DNA of 64,000 nt, from the NCBI GenBank assembly GCA_963720855.1, contig CAVRGV010000002.1, positions 75,994-139,993 of the forward strand, given 5' to 3'. Origin of the DNA: an uncultured Chloroflexia bacterium (GTDB lineage Bacteria > Chloroflexota > Chloroflexia > Thermomicrobiales > UBA6265). The notes under the pieces were generated by a model. The model had not been told where the DNA came from. It saw only the letters and a program-made list of their open reading frames with translations, and did no database searches. Below are positions 54,666 through 63,574 of the stretch, piece after piece. The translations under genes were made by a program, and so were the position numbers. The first letter of the stretch is position 1; each line of letters opens with the position of its first letter.

Positions 54666-55427
54666 TTGAAGATCCTGGGGCTCTCGTTCGTTCGCAATGC
54701 TGAGGCGCCCTTGCCAGCCATGCTGGACGGAATGGCGATCTATTGCGACGAAATCTTTGTCGTCGACGATCGAAGCACCGATGGCACAGCAGAGATTCTG
54801 TTGCACCATCCCCGGGTTTCGAACGTGTTCACGATCGACCGCTGCATTTCCGACGACCCATGGCATTTCCCGGAAAGCAGGTTGCTGGACCTGCTCTATC
54901 GCATGGCCGACTTCGCTGAGCCCACGTGGGTCGTCATGCTCTCGGCCGACGAATCGCTGGAGCCTGCTAGCTCCATACGCGAGATTCTGCAAAACGCCGC
55001 GGCAGAAATCAGCGGTTTCCAGATACATCTGACCTCGGCTTGGAACGATCCGCTCTATCCCGTTATGGTGCCGGTTATGGGACAGGCGCGATCGCTGGTC
55101 GGTCGGGTATGGCGATACCATCCGGGGCTGCTCGCTGGAGGCAAGCGTCTCCACAACAGCTACTTCCCGAGCAACATCGCCGGTTTCGGTCGCGTCGAAT
55201 ATTCCAGCGAGATGACGATTGCCCACGCAGGCTGGTCGACACTTGCCGAGCGGATCGCGAAAGTAGACCTCTACTCGTCTCTCGATCCGACATTGGAGCT
55301 GAACGATGGGGTGCCCTACGATATCGGGCTGTTGTTCGGCTTCGAGCGTCATCGCATCGCCGAATTGATACAAGAGTACGATCGCCGAGTCGAAGCGATT
55401 GCGGAAGCTTCTGCCCGCCCCCGATGA
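54666..55427 (+). CDS. GT-A fold glycosyltransferase, family 2-like
   Basis: Within ORF 54492..55427; start proposed at TTG 54666 (GAGAGGGG upstream). It reads KILGLSFVRNAEAPLPAMLDGMAIYCDEIFVVDDRSTDGT. Its architecture is paralogous to the first domain of the 55899..58517 protein. Confidence 0.65.
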   Translation: MKILGLSFVRNAEAPLPAMLDGMAIYCDEIFVVDDRSTDGTAEILLHHPRVSNVFTIDRCISDDPWHFPESRLLDLLYRMADFAEPTWVVMLSADESLEPASSIREILQNAAAEISGFQIHLTSAWNDPLYPVMVPVMGQARSLVGRVWRYHPGLLAGGKRLHNSYFPSNIAGFGRVEYSSEMTIAHAGWSTLAERIAKVDLYSSLDPTLELNDGVPYDIGLLFGFERHRIAELIQEYDRRVEAIAEASARPR

Positions 55428-55567
55428 CCGTGCTCCAGCGCACCCGTCTTCGAACCCAATCCCTCTCGGTTCCGTCGAAATTCTCGTGTATGATTGCCCC
55501 GCGCTTTGAGCCGCGATGAGGATTACCGTGATCACCGGCGTCGTAGCGGTCAAAGTCGCGCGCATGT

Positions 55568-55643
55568 GCGCCCGTAGCTCAGCGGATAGAGCGCTTGCCT
55601 CCGGAGCAAGAGGTCGCGTGTTCGAGTCACGCCGGGCGTACCA
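55568..55643 (+). tRNA. tRNA-Arg (anticodon CCG), 76 nt with an encoded 3' CCA
   Basis: Manual cloverleaf: acceptor GCGCCCG/CGGGCGT (G1-U72 wobble), D arm GCTC-AGCGGATA-GAGC, anticodon arm CTTGC-CTCCGGA-GCAAG, variable AGGTC, T arm GCGTG-TTCGAGT-CACGC, discriminator A, CCA. Confidence 0.93.
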
Positions 55644-55898
55644 AAACACCCACGTACATATAAGTTCATTCAAGCGCCTACCCTGGTTAGGCCCTTCTGG
55701 AAATCGGGCAATGTGGCCATCTTGTGTCCATTGCAAGTCGATGTGGCCGCTTTCGTCCTCCACAGAACCACCGAGACCCGGGCTGACGGGTTAGCGCGTA
55801 GACCGTTGACGTTGGAAAGCTGCTCCTTCTACAGGCCGCAACGTCTCACACCGCATCATCCGCCGTAAATCGCAGCATGACCGGACTTACCTGTTCTG

Positions 55899-58517
55899 TT
55901 GCCCCACATCACGACGATGATCGTCGACGACGTGGTGCCAACCATAGTGGGCGCTCGCAGTTCGCACGACTATGCTAGTTCCATAATCAACGCACTCATC
56001 GAAAACGCCTGCCAACGCCGTAGAGGGACGTGTGCTATCTCAGATCTCAAACTCGTGTGCCTCCTGCCGGTGCGAAACGGGGCAGCGGACCTACCCGGCT
56101 ATCTGAGGGCGGTCGAAGGCTTGGCCGATGCCGTGATCGCCCTCGACGACGGCAGTACAGACGCCACTCGGCAGATTCTGGACGCTAGTCCACTCGTCAA
56201 ACTCGTATTGGACAACCCTCCACGACCTGACTATGTCGGATGGGACGACGCTGGCAATCGCAACCGTTTGCTCGACGCTGCGGCGCTCTTCGAACCCGAC
56301 TGGGTTCTCTCGCTCGATGCAGATGAGCGCATCCCGCCAGCAGATGCCGCTGCCTTGCGCGCTTTCCTCGAGACCGACGCCCTGGCGGGGCTGGCCTACG
56401 GTTTCAAGGTCTACCGCATGTGGCAGGACCTGGAGCACTACGACCGGGACGGGCTGTGGGTGTACCGCCTCTTTGCCTTCAAGCCGGGGCAGCGGTTTCC
56501 AGACCAGCGGTTGCACTTTGTGCCGATTCCGACGGAAATCCCGCGTACTCGCTGGGTCCGCACCACCATTCGTATTCAGCATTTGGCTGGGTTGACCGTT
56601 GGCCGCCGCCAGGCCCGCTTCGACAAGTATCGGCAGGCTGATCCGGACAACACCTTTCAACACTCCTACCGTGATCTGCTCCAACCCGCGCTGGATATCG
56701 CGGACTGGAAGGCACGCCCTGCTGGACTCCCAGTTCTGGACGTGCGCGAAAACGACGTCACAGCAATGCGTGAGGACGCGGAGCATCCCGAACTCGACGA
56801 GATCACCGGTCGTCCTGCCCTGTCGGCCATCATCATTTCCCGTGCGGATGGAGAGCAATTGTTGCGGTCGGTCGCGTCGGTGGTCAACCAGGAGTGTCCC
56901 TGGCCCTTCGAGGTCATCGTTGTCACCAGTGGTGGTGGAAACGGCGCCGCGCTCGTCCGCGAGCGCTTCCCCGACGTCACCCTGGTCGATCTGCCCCAGC
57001 CCGCACTCCCCGGTGAGGCGCGAAACGCTGGGTTGCGCCTGGCTCGTGGCGAGTATGTCTCCTTCCCTGGCTCCCACGTCGAGCTACTACCTGGGAGCCT
57101 TGCCGCACGCCTGCAAGCCCACGATCTCGGGTATGCCATGGTGACGGGCACAACCCTCAACGGCACACGCACCTGGGCCGGTTGGGCCTCCTACTTCCTC
57201 GACCATTCAGCAGTGCTGCCAGGACGCCCCTCCACCGAACTCGATGGCGCGCCATCGCACTGCTCGTACCGTCGCAAGGCACTGCTGGCTGTCGGTGGTT
57301 TCCCTGAGGACCTGCGCTCGGGGGAGGACACGGTGGTCAATCAGGCGCTGGTTCGACACGGCTATCAAGCGTACCGGGCGCAGGACGTGATCCTCGTTCA
57401 CAACAGTCCGTGCCGTACGCCGCGGAAGCTGGTGGCGCATCATTTTGTCCGTGGACGTGGGCTAGGGCGCATTCTGCGTGACCGGGATGGGATAGCCCCC
57501 AAAGAGCTCCTCGGGAAGCGCGGGGTGAACTTCGTGCGGCGGCAGGTCACCGGCCGTGTGAAGCAGACGACCCAACATGTTCGCCAGTGGAGCGGGGACC
57601 CGACGCTGGAAGCTGAGTACCGCCGAGCACGCCCGCTTGTCTTCGCGGGGGCAACTGCCGCCTGTGCGGGCGCGCTCTACGAAATAGTGTTCAGGCAGAA
57701 TCAGGGGTCAACTTCGCAACAACCGATAGATGTCACCTCAGTGCAGTCAGGCCTCTTGCCGCAGCATCGCGTCGTTGCCTTTTACGGTCACCCGCGCTCG
57801 GCCGCGATGGGAATTCTCGGACAACACGAGATGGAGACGGTGTTGTCCAAGCTCAGGCTGCAGGCGGCATCCTTTGCTGCTGCGGACCCGACGTGCCCGG
57901 TCATCCCGGCGTTCGACCTCATTGTCACCGTGGCCCAACCGACGCCGGGTACGGACGGCACCTATCGCCTGAGGACAGGAGTCCACCTCATCGACGCATA
58001 CGCCACCTTCACGGCGGCGCACAACCTGCAGCTTATCCTTGATGTTCAGCCGGGTCACGCTGATCTCGCTGGAGAGATCGAGGCGCTTCGCCCGTGGTTG
58101 GTCCAGCCTCACGTCCACCTTGCACTCGACCCGGAGTGGATGATGAGTGAAGGACAGGTGCCGGGGCCCAGGGTTGGAACGATCGAGGAAGACGTCTTGA
58201 TCGCCACACAAGAGGCCCTGGGGAGGATCGTACGTGAGCACGACCTTCCGCCGAAAATGCTGATCGTCCACCAGTTCCTGGCCAGGATGGTCGAATCAAA
58301 GCGTAGGCTCGATGCAGTGCCCGGCGTGCAACTCGTGGTTGAAATCAACGGGGCCGGCACACCGCGTGACAAGACGAAGACCTATAACGCGCTGATCCGG
58401 GACAACCCAGGGGAGTTTGCGGGCTTCAAACTCTTCTATACCCAGGACCAACCGCTGATGACAGCCTCCCAGGTGCTGGCATTGACCCCAACCCCGGCCC
58501 TGATCATCTATCAATAG
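55899..58517 (+). CDS. Multidomain protein: tandem GT2 glycosyltransferase domains, a predicted TM helix, and a conserved extracytoplasmic domain of unknown function
   Basis: Intact 872-aa ORF (TTG start in the track; the true start may be further downstream). GT2 domain 1: LKLVCLLPVRNG...ALDDGSTD...LDADE. GT2 domain 2: LSAIIISRADG...GEARNAGL...SGEDT. Hydrophobic segment: PLVFAGATAACAGALYEIVF (about 57632-57693). The C-terminal roughly 260 aa read VVAFYGHP...MGILG...LDVQPGHAD...LALDPEW...IVHQF...FKLFYTQD. Confidence 0.7.
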   Translation: MPHITTMIVDDVVPTIVGARSSHDYASSIINALIENACQRRRGTCAISDLKLVCLLPVRNGAADLPGYLRAVEGLADAVIALDDGSTDATRQILDASPLVKLVLDNPPRPDYVGWDDAGNRNRLLDAAALFEPDWVLSLDADERIPPADAAALRAFLETDALAGLAYGFKVYRMWQDLEHYDRDGLWVYRLFAFKPGQRFPDQRLHFVPIPTEIPRTRWVRTTIRIQHLAGLTVGRRQARFDKYRQADPDNTFQHSYRDLLQPALDIADWKARPAGLPVLDVRENDVTAMREDAEHPELDEITGRPALSAIIISRADGEQLLRSVASVVNQECPWPFEVIVVTSGGGNGAALVRERFPDVTLVDLPQPALPGEARNAGLRLARGEYVSFPGSHVELLPGSLAARLQAHDLGYAMVTGTTLNGTRTWAGWASYFLDHSAVLPGRPSTELDGAPSHCSYRRKALLAVGGFPEDLRSGEDTVVNQALVRHGYQAYRAQDVILVHNSPCRTPRKLVAHHFVRGRGLGRILRDRDGIAPKELLGKRGVNFVRRQVTGRVKQTTQHVRQWSGDPTLEAEYRRARPLVFAGATAACAGALYEIVFRQNQGSTSQQPIDVTSVQSGLLPQHRVVAFYGHPRSAAMGILGQHEMETVLSKLRLQAASFAAADPTCPVIPAFDLIVTVAQPTPGTDGTYRLRTGVHLIDAYATFTAAHNLQLILDVQPGHADLAGEIEALRPWLVQPHVHLALDPEWMMSEGQVPGPRVGTIEEDVLIATQEALGRIVREHDLPPKMLIVHQFLARMVESKRRLDAVPGVQLVVEINGAGTPRDKTKTYNALIRDNPGEFAGFKLFYTQDQPLMTASQVLALTPTPALIIYQ

Positions 58518-58596
58518 CCATGTTGTAGCTTTGTGCGTAAGACCATCGTCTTTGCTGAATGGCTCGAAGTATTGGGCCTATGAATGAGGTTGGGTG

Positions 58597-58782
58597 ATGT
58601 CGAAGGAAGAGTTGCTCGACGCCTATGTAGAGGGCCGGATCGGTCGACGCTTGTTCATTCGTGGTCTCACAGCTCTCGGCATTTCTCAGAGCAATGCCAT
58701 CTTGCACGCTGCCGCACTCCGACCTGGCGCAACAGCACTTGCCGACGACTTGTATGAAGATGGCAACCACCACAAGAATTAG
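58597..58782 (+). CDS. 61-aa Tat-signal mini-protein ending at an in-frame TAG; possibly the N-terminal part of an interrupted gene of about 150 aa
   Basis: MSKEELLDAYVEGRIGRRLFIRGLTALGISQSNAILHAAALRPGATALADDLYEDGNHHKN, with GAGG upstream. The same frame stays open for 87 more codons after the TAG (58783-59046). Confidence 0.5.
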   Translation: MSKEELLDAYVEGRIGRRLFIRGLTALGISQSNAILHAAALRPGATALADDLYEDGNHHKN

Positions 58783-59060
58783 AAACAAGACACGCACCGC
58801 CAGCCCGTTCTGGTGGACACAGGTCCAAACAATGCCTCGGCTGACGGCGACACGGTTTCCAGTGGCGATGCGAATAGACGCGGCACCGCGGGCAACGCCA
58901 TTTTCGGTGGTGATCTTCTGCCGTCACCTAAGCAAGGCATGGGAATTGGCAAACTTCGAGCAAGAGCTGTGGCCGAATCCAGCAGACTGAAGAAAGATTC
59001 CTCCTGCTATTCCCGAAGTTCGCCGTTTTCACGATCGTTCGCCTGAGCAATCACCGCGTC

Positions 59061-61427
59061 ATGACCGATCATACGACTGCGCCCGTTTCGCGGCGTCGAT
59101 CTTCATCAGAGACGGCCATTGTGCAACTGACAACCAACGTTTCATCCCCGCGCACCACGTTGATCGGTCGGCGGCAGATGGTGGACGATGTCACACGTTT
59201 GCTCCTCCGGGACGACGTCTCCCTCGTTACGCTCACCGGACCTGGTGGCGTGGGTAAGACGCGCCTGGCGCTGCAAGCTGCCGCAGCTCTTGCTCATGAG
59301 TTCTCCGATGGTGTTTGGTTCGTCGAGCTCGCGCCAATCAGGCAGCCGGCCCTGGTGTTGCCCTCGATTGCCCACGCGTATGGACTCACCGATCGTGGTG
59401 ATCGCCCGCTTGTCGACCTCCTGATCGGTCACCTCAGCCCCAGACAAACATTGTTGGTCCTTGACAACTTCGAACATCTCCTGGACGCCGCTCCGGCAGT
59501 CGCCGACCTGCTCATCGCGTGTCCGGGATTGACCATCTTGACTACGAGTCGCGCGATCCTGCACCTTTCCTGTGAACACGAAGTTCTGGTACCGCCACTC
59601 CCACGTACCGAGGCTGTCCAGTTGTTCGTGTCCCGTGCCCGCGCGGCGGATGCTGGCTTCGAGCTCACTGCCGCGAGCGCACCTGTCGTCGCGATGATCT
59701 GTGACCGGCTGGATGGTCTGCCACTCGCCATCGAGCTGGCGGCCGCCCGCGTCCGCGCCCTCCCCCTTTCTGCGTTGCTCGCCCGGTTAGATACGTCCCT
59801 CTCCGTACTGACGCGCGGAGCCCGCGACCAGCCGGATCGACATCGGACCATGCGAGACGCGATCATCTGGAGCCATGATTTGCTGGACCAGCAAGAACAG
59901 CTGCTCCTTCGCCGCCTGTCTGTATTTGTCGACGGATTCGACCTTCGGGCAGCCGCAGCCGTTTCGGGACTTGACGACATCGTTCTTCTCGACGGCGTCG
60001 CCTCACTCGTAGAGAAGAGCCTTCTCACGCGACAATCGACGTCCGAGGACGACGTGTCCCGCTTCCGGATGCTCGAAGTCGTTCGGGAGTTCGGCGTTGA
60101 GCGAATGGAGCTTGCGGAGGACGCTGGAGCGATCCAGCGTGTTCATGCCGAACACTACCTCGCCGTTGCCGAGGGGCTTGCCGGGCAATTATTCACCACC
60201 GACTTCGATCGATTGATGGCGGAACTCGACACCGAACACGGGAACATTCGCGCGGCCCTGGTTTGGTGTAACGAATCCGGGGCCACGGATCTTACGCTAC
60301 GGCTGGCTCGCGCCATGAGCGACTACTGGTGGTTGCGTGGATTTCTGCGCGAGGGACAGCAATGGATCGACCTCGCCATTGAGCGGGCAGACCAGGTTCC
60401 GTCGTCGACACTGGCGGGGGCGCTCGCCAGCGCCGGATGGATTTCGATCTTCCGTGGTGACATAGGCGGAGCAACTGCCCCGCTCACCGAGGCGGTCGAG
60501 ATGGCTCGTACCGTCGATGACCGTTGGGTCGAGGCGGCTTCGTCGATGGGAATGGCGACGGTACTCCTTGAACTTGGGGACGTAAACGAAGCGGCGGAGT
60601 GGTCGGAGCGCCAACTCGGACTCTATCGGGAGCTTGAAACCACTGCCGCTACAGGTGGCTACTGGCTGAGCATCGCCCTGGGTAACCGTGGTCAAATCGC
60701 CATCATCCAACGTGACCTGACAAGAGCCGCCGCAATGCTAGACGAGGGTCTGGCTCTGCAGTTGAGTCTGGGATTCGCGTGGGGATCTGCGGAGACGTAC
60801 CGAACACTCGGTGATCTCTTGCGAGACCAAGGCAATCTCACGGCAGCCCAGAGCGCCTACCGCGAGAGCATCCGTATCAGCGCGCGCTACCGCGATCTAC
60901 GACTCCTCACACACGCGATCAGCGGACTCGCAGTGACCGTTGCGACGGGAGGAGATTCCCTGCGTGCTGCTTACCTGTTCGGTGCGGCAACGACATTTCG
61001 CGAACAAGTCGGGTCTGCCCTATCGGCATGGGACCATGCCGCTTACGAAGGGGGAGTCGACCTCGCGAAGTCCGAGCTCTCGATCGAGGACTTCGAATCA
61101 GCCTGGTCGGCTGGGGCAGCCCTATCGACAAATGACGCGGTCGCCGAGGCGCTCGCAATAGCGTCGGCCCCGGACGTGCCCTCGCCGACTTCAATTTCCG
61201 GGCCTAAGAGTGACTATTCCGTACCGGGTCTCGTAGACAGCCTTTCACGTCGAGAGATGGAAATCTTGCGGCTCCTTGCCGACGGGCTGACCGACCGCGA
61301 GATTGCCGCAACGCTCTCCATCAGTCTCCGGACCGTCAACGGTCATGTTACGCATCTCCTCAGCAAACTCGGCGTCGAGTCCCGGACCGCTGCAGCGACG
61401 CTCGCCGTCCGTCGCGGCTGGGCCTGA
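59061..61427 (+). CDS. STAND-type ATPase / TPR / LuxR-family HTH transcriptional regulator
   Basis: Intact 788-aa ORF with P-loop LTGPGGVGKTRLAL, Walker B LLVLDNFEHL, a long helical-repeat middle region, and the C-terminal LuxR HTH LSRREMEILRLLADGLTDREIAATLSISLRTVNGHVTHLLSKLGV. Confidence 0.85.
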   Translation: MTDHTTAPVSRRRSSSETAIVQLTTNVSSPRTTLIGRRQMVDDVTRLLLRDDVSLVTLTGPGGVGKTRLALQAAAALAHEFSDGVWFVELAPIRQPALVLPSIAHAYGLTDRGDRPLVDLLIGHLSPRQTLLVLDNFEHLLDAAPAVADLLIACPGLTILTTSRAILHLSCEHEVLVPPLPRTEAVQLFVSRARAADAGFELTAASAPVVAMICDRLDGLPLAIELAAARVRALPLSALLARLDTSLSVLTRGARDQPDRHRTMRDAIIWSHDLLDQQEQLLLRRLSVFVDGFDLRAAAAVSGLDDIVLLDGVASLVEKSLLTRQSTSEDDVSRFRMLEVVREFGVERMELAEDAGAIQRVHAEHYLAVAEGLAGQLFTTDFDRLMAELDTEHGNIRAALVWCNESGATDLTLRLARAMSDYWWLRGFLREGQQWIDLAIERADQVPSSTLAGALASAGWISIFRGDIGGATAPLTEAVEMARTVDDRWVEAASSMGMATVLLELGDVNEAAEWSERQLGLYRELETTAATGGYWLSIALGNRGQIAIIQRDLTRAAAMLDEGLALQLSLGFAWGSAETYRTLGDLLRDQGNLTAAQSAYRESIRISARYRDLRLLTHAISGLAVTVATGGDSLRAAYLFGAATTFREQVGSALSAWDHAAYEGGVDLAKSELSIEDFESAWSAGAALSTNDAVAEALAIASAPDVPSPTSISGPKSDYSVPGLVDSLSRREMEILRLLADGLTDREIAATLSISLRTVNGHVTHLLSKLGVESRTAAATLAVRRGWA

Positions 61428-61595
61428 CCGTAGGTTCGCCGGCTAGAGCACGTAGAACTACCTGTACGGTTTTCCTGGCGTCGCCCAAAACTTCAGGCAG
61501 TTTCCCGGATGCTGTGGCTATTCCCCAGCCATAGAGTGATCTCCAGGCCGCACTTCTGCGGTGCAAAAGTCTCTCAGTAAGCGAAGGAGTTCCGA

Positions 61596-62508
61596 ATGGA
61601 TCCCCACCGGGATGACCAGTCCCCGAGTCCGCCTGTGCGGCGTTTCAACCGTCGAACGGCGATCGGCCGCGCAAGTGTGGTCGCCCTCGCCTTGGGTGGC
61701 GCTGCCACGTTATCCCGCCAGTCCGCATCCGCGAAACAGCCAGGAGTTGAGATGTTTCACGCTACACGCTTCACCGATGGCACCCCCACCATGAGTACCC
61801 CAACAATCGCGCTTGTCCATGGCGCCTTTGCTGACAGCTCGAGTTGGCTCGGTGTCATCTCCAGGTTGCAGGCCGCTGGCCTGGCAGTCCAGGCGATTAG
61901 TAACCCTCTCCGCGGAGTCTCCGCCGATGCCGCGTACGTCGCTAGCGCGATCGAACAGATCCCGGGTCCCGTCCTGCTCGTTGGGCACTCGTACGGGGGT
62001 GCCGTCATCTCCGTCGCCGCCGCTCGAGCTTCCAATACCGTCGGTCTTGTTTACGTTGCAGCGTATGTGCCGGATGAAGGCGAGACGATTCTCGATCTCG
62101 CCGGGCAATTCCCGCCGACAGCCCTCGCCGAAGCCATCCGCCCTGCCACGTACCCCACTGCCGACTCGGCGACGACCGGCACCGAGTTCTTCCTTGATCA
62201 TGCGCTCTATCACGCCGCCTTTGCCGCCGACATACCGGAAGAGCAGGCCCGGGTGATGGCTGTGACCCAACGCCCCGTCGCCGATATTGGCTTCGGTGAG
62301 CCGGCCGGTCCCATCGCGTGGAAGACCTTGCCGTCCTGGTATGCCGTTGCTACCGCGGATCAGGCACTGGGAGTAGAGCTTGAACGGATGCTTGCCGATC
62401 GGGCAGGCTTCGATCACAGTCGAAATCGACGCGTCCCACGCGGTAGCCGTTTCTCAGCCAGCAGCCATCGCCGACCTCATCAGCACGGCCGCCGGCTCCG
62501 TCGCCTAG
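61596..62508 (+). CDS. Alpha/beta hydrolase with a Tat-type signal; one frame break near 62405
   Basis: RRFNRRTAIGRASVVALALGGAA signal; nucleophile elbow VGHSYGG. The reconstructed end ITVEIDASHAVAVSQPAAIADLISTAAGSVA stops at TAG 62506-62508. Confidence 0.75.
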
Positions 62509-62560
62509 CCGACACCATCCGTTGACCGGCCCGCGATTCCTCCAGTCGAAAGGAACTGAG

Positions 62561-63503
62561 ATGCGCGCGCTCCATGCCTTCGCCAGGAACGATGCCACGA
62601 GACTCGTGTACGAGGACGCCAAAATTCCGCAGCTTGCGCTCGGAGACGTGTTGATCCGTGTGCATGCATGCGGAGTCAGTCCGACCGAGCTCTCTTGGCC
62701 AACAATCTGGATAACTCCGGATGGGTCAGACCGTCCGCTCCCGATCATCCCCGGCCATGAAGTTTCCGGTGTCGTAGCGATGCCTGGCGCGCTCGAAGAG
62801 GGGTGGAATGTCGGCGACGAAGTCTATGGGTTGATCGATTTTCAGCGTGACGGGGCCGACGCTGAATACGTCGCCGCACGGTCCGCCGAGCTGGCTCCGA
62901 AGCCGTCCACGATCGACCACGTCCAGGCAGCAGCCGTTCCGCTCTCAGGGCTGACCGCGTGGCAGGCGCTGTTCGACCACGCCCATCTTGAGCGCGGCCA
63001 GCGTGTCCTGATACACGGGGGCGCCGGGGGAGTGGGCTCGTTTGCCGTCCAATTGGCCAGATGGTGCGGCGCCGAAGTCATCGCCACCGCCTCCGCGGCA
63101 GACTTGAGCTTTGTTCGCGCGCTCGGTGCTGACCTGGTTCTCGACTACCGCATCGACCGGTTCGACGAGTGCCTCCAGCGATGTCGATGTCGTGTTTGAC
63201 ACCGTTGGAGGGGAAATCTGGCGCCGATCGTGGCCAGTTCTCCGTCCAGGTGGAACGCTCGTGTCGGTTGCCGTTCCCAGGCCGCCAGTCGAATCCGCCC
63301 CGTCCACCATCAGGGCCGTCTGGTTCGTCGTCGCCAGTCGCCCCGATCAACTCGCTCAACTTGCCGCTCTTATCGACGCAGGTCACCTCCGGCCCGTCGT
63401 CGCTGAGGTGCTTCCACTATCCCGGGGACCGGAAGCATTCGCTCCGCGCCAACGTTCCCGTCCAGGCAAGATCGTTATCGATATCGAAACGGAACGCTCT
63501 TGA
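62561..63503 (+). CDS. Zinc-type alcohol dehydrogenase / quinone oxidoreductase (MDR superfamily); one frame break near 63180
   Basis: MRALHAF...PGHEVSGVV...VLIHGGAGGVGSFAVQLA in ORF 62522..63199. The C-terminus FDTVGGE...GKIVIDI is in ORF 63111..63503. Confidence 0.8.
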
Positions 63504-63574
63504 GTCCAACCCGAGTCCGGCTCCCCGTTTCCACTTAGCCCCAAAAGCGGTTAGCTGCAAATCAAGGAGTTTCC

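Noticed and set aside
54525-55763. A 412-aa minus-strand ORF.
   Set aside because: It runs antisense through the GT2 gene and straight across the tRNA-Arg gene, so it cannot be coding.
55644-61427. A tRNA-Arg-linked integrative element or genomic island.
   Set aside because: I saw no integrase or recombinase, no downstream repeat of the tRNA 3' end, and no clear compositional break. It is kept only as a low-interest finding.
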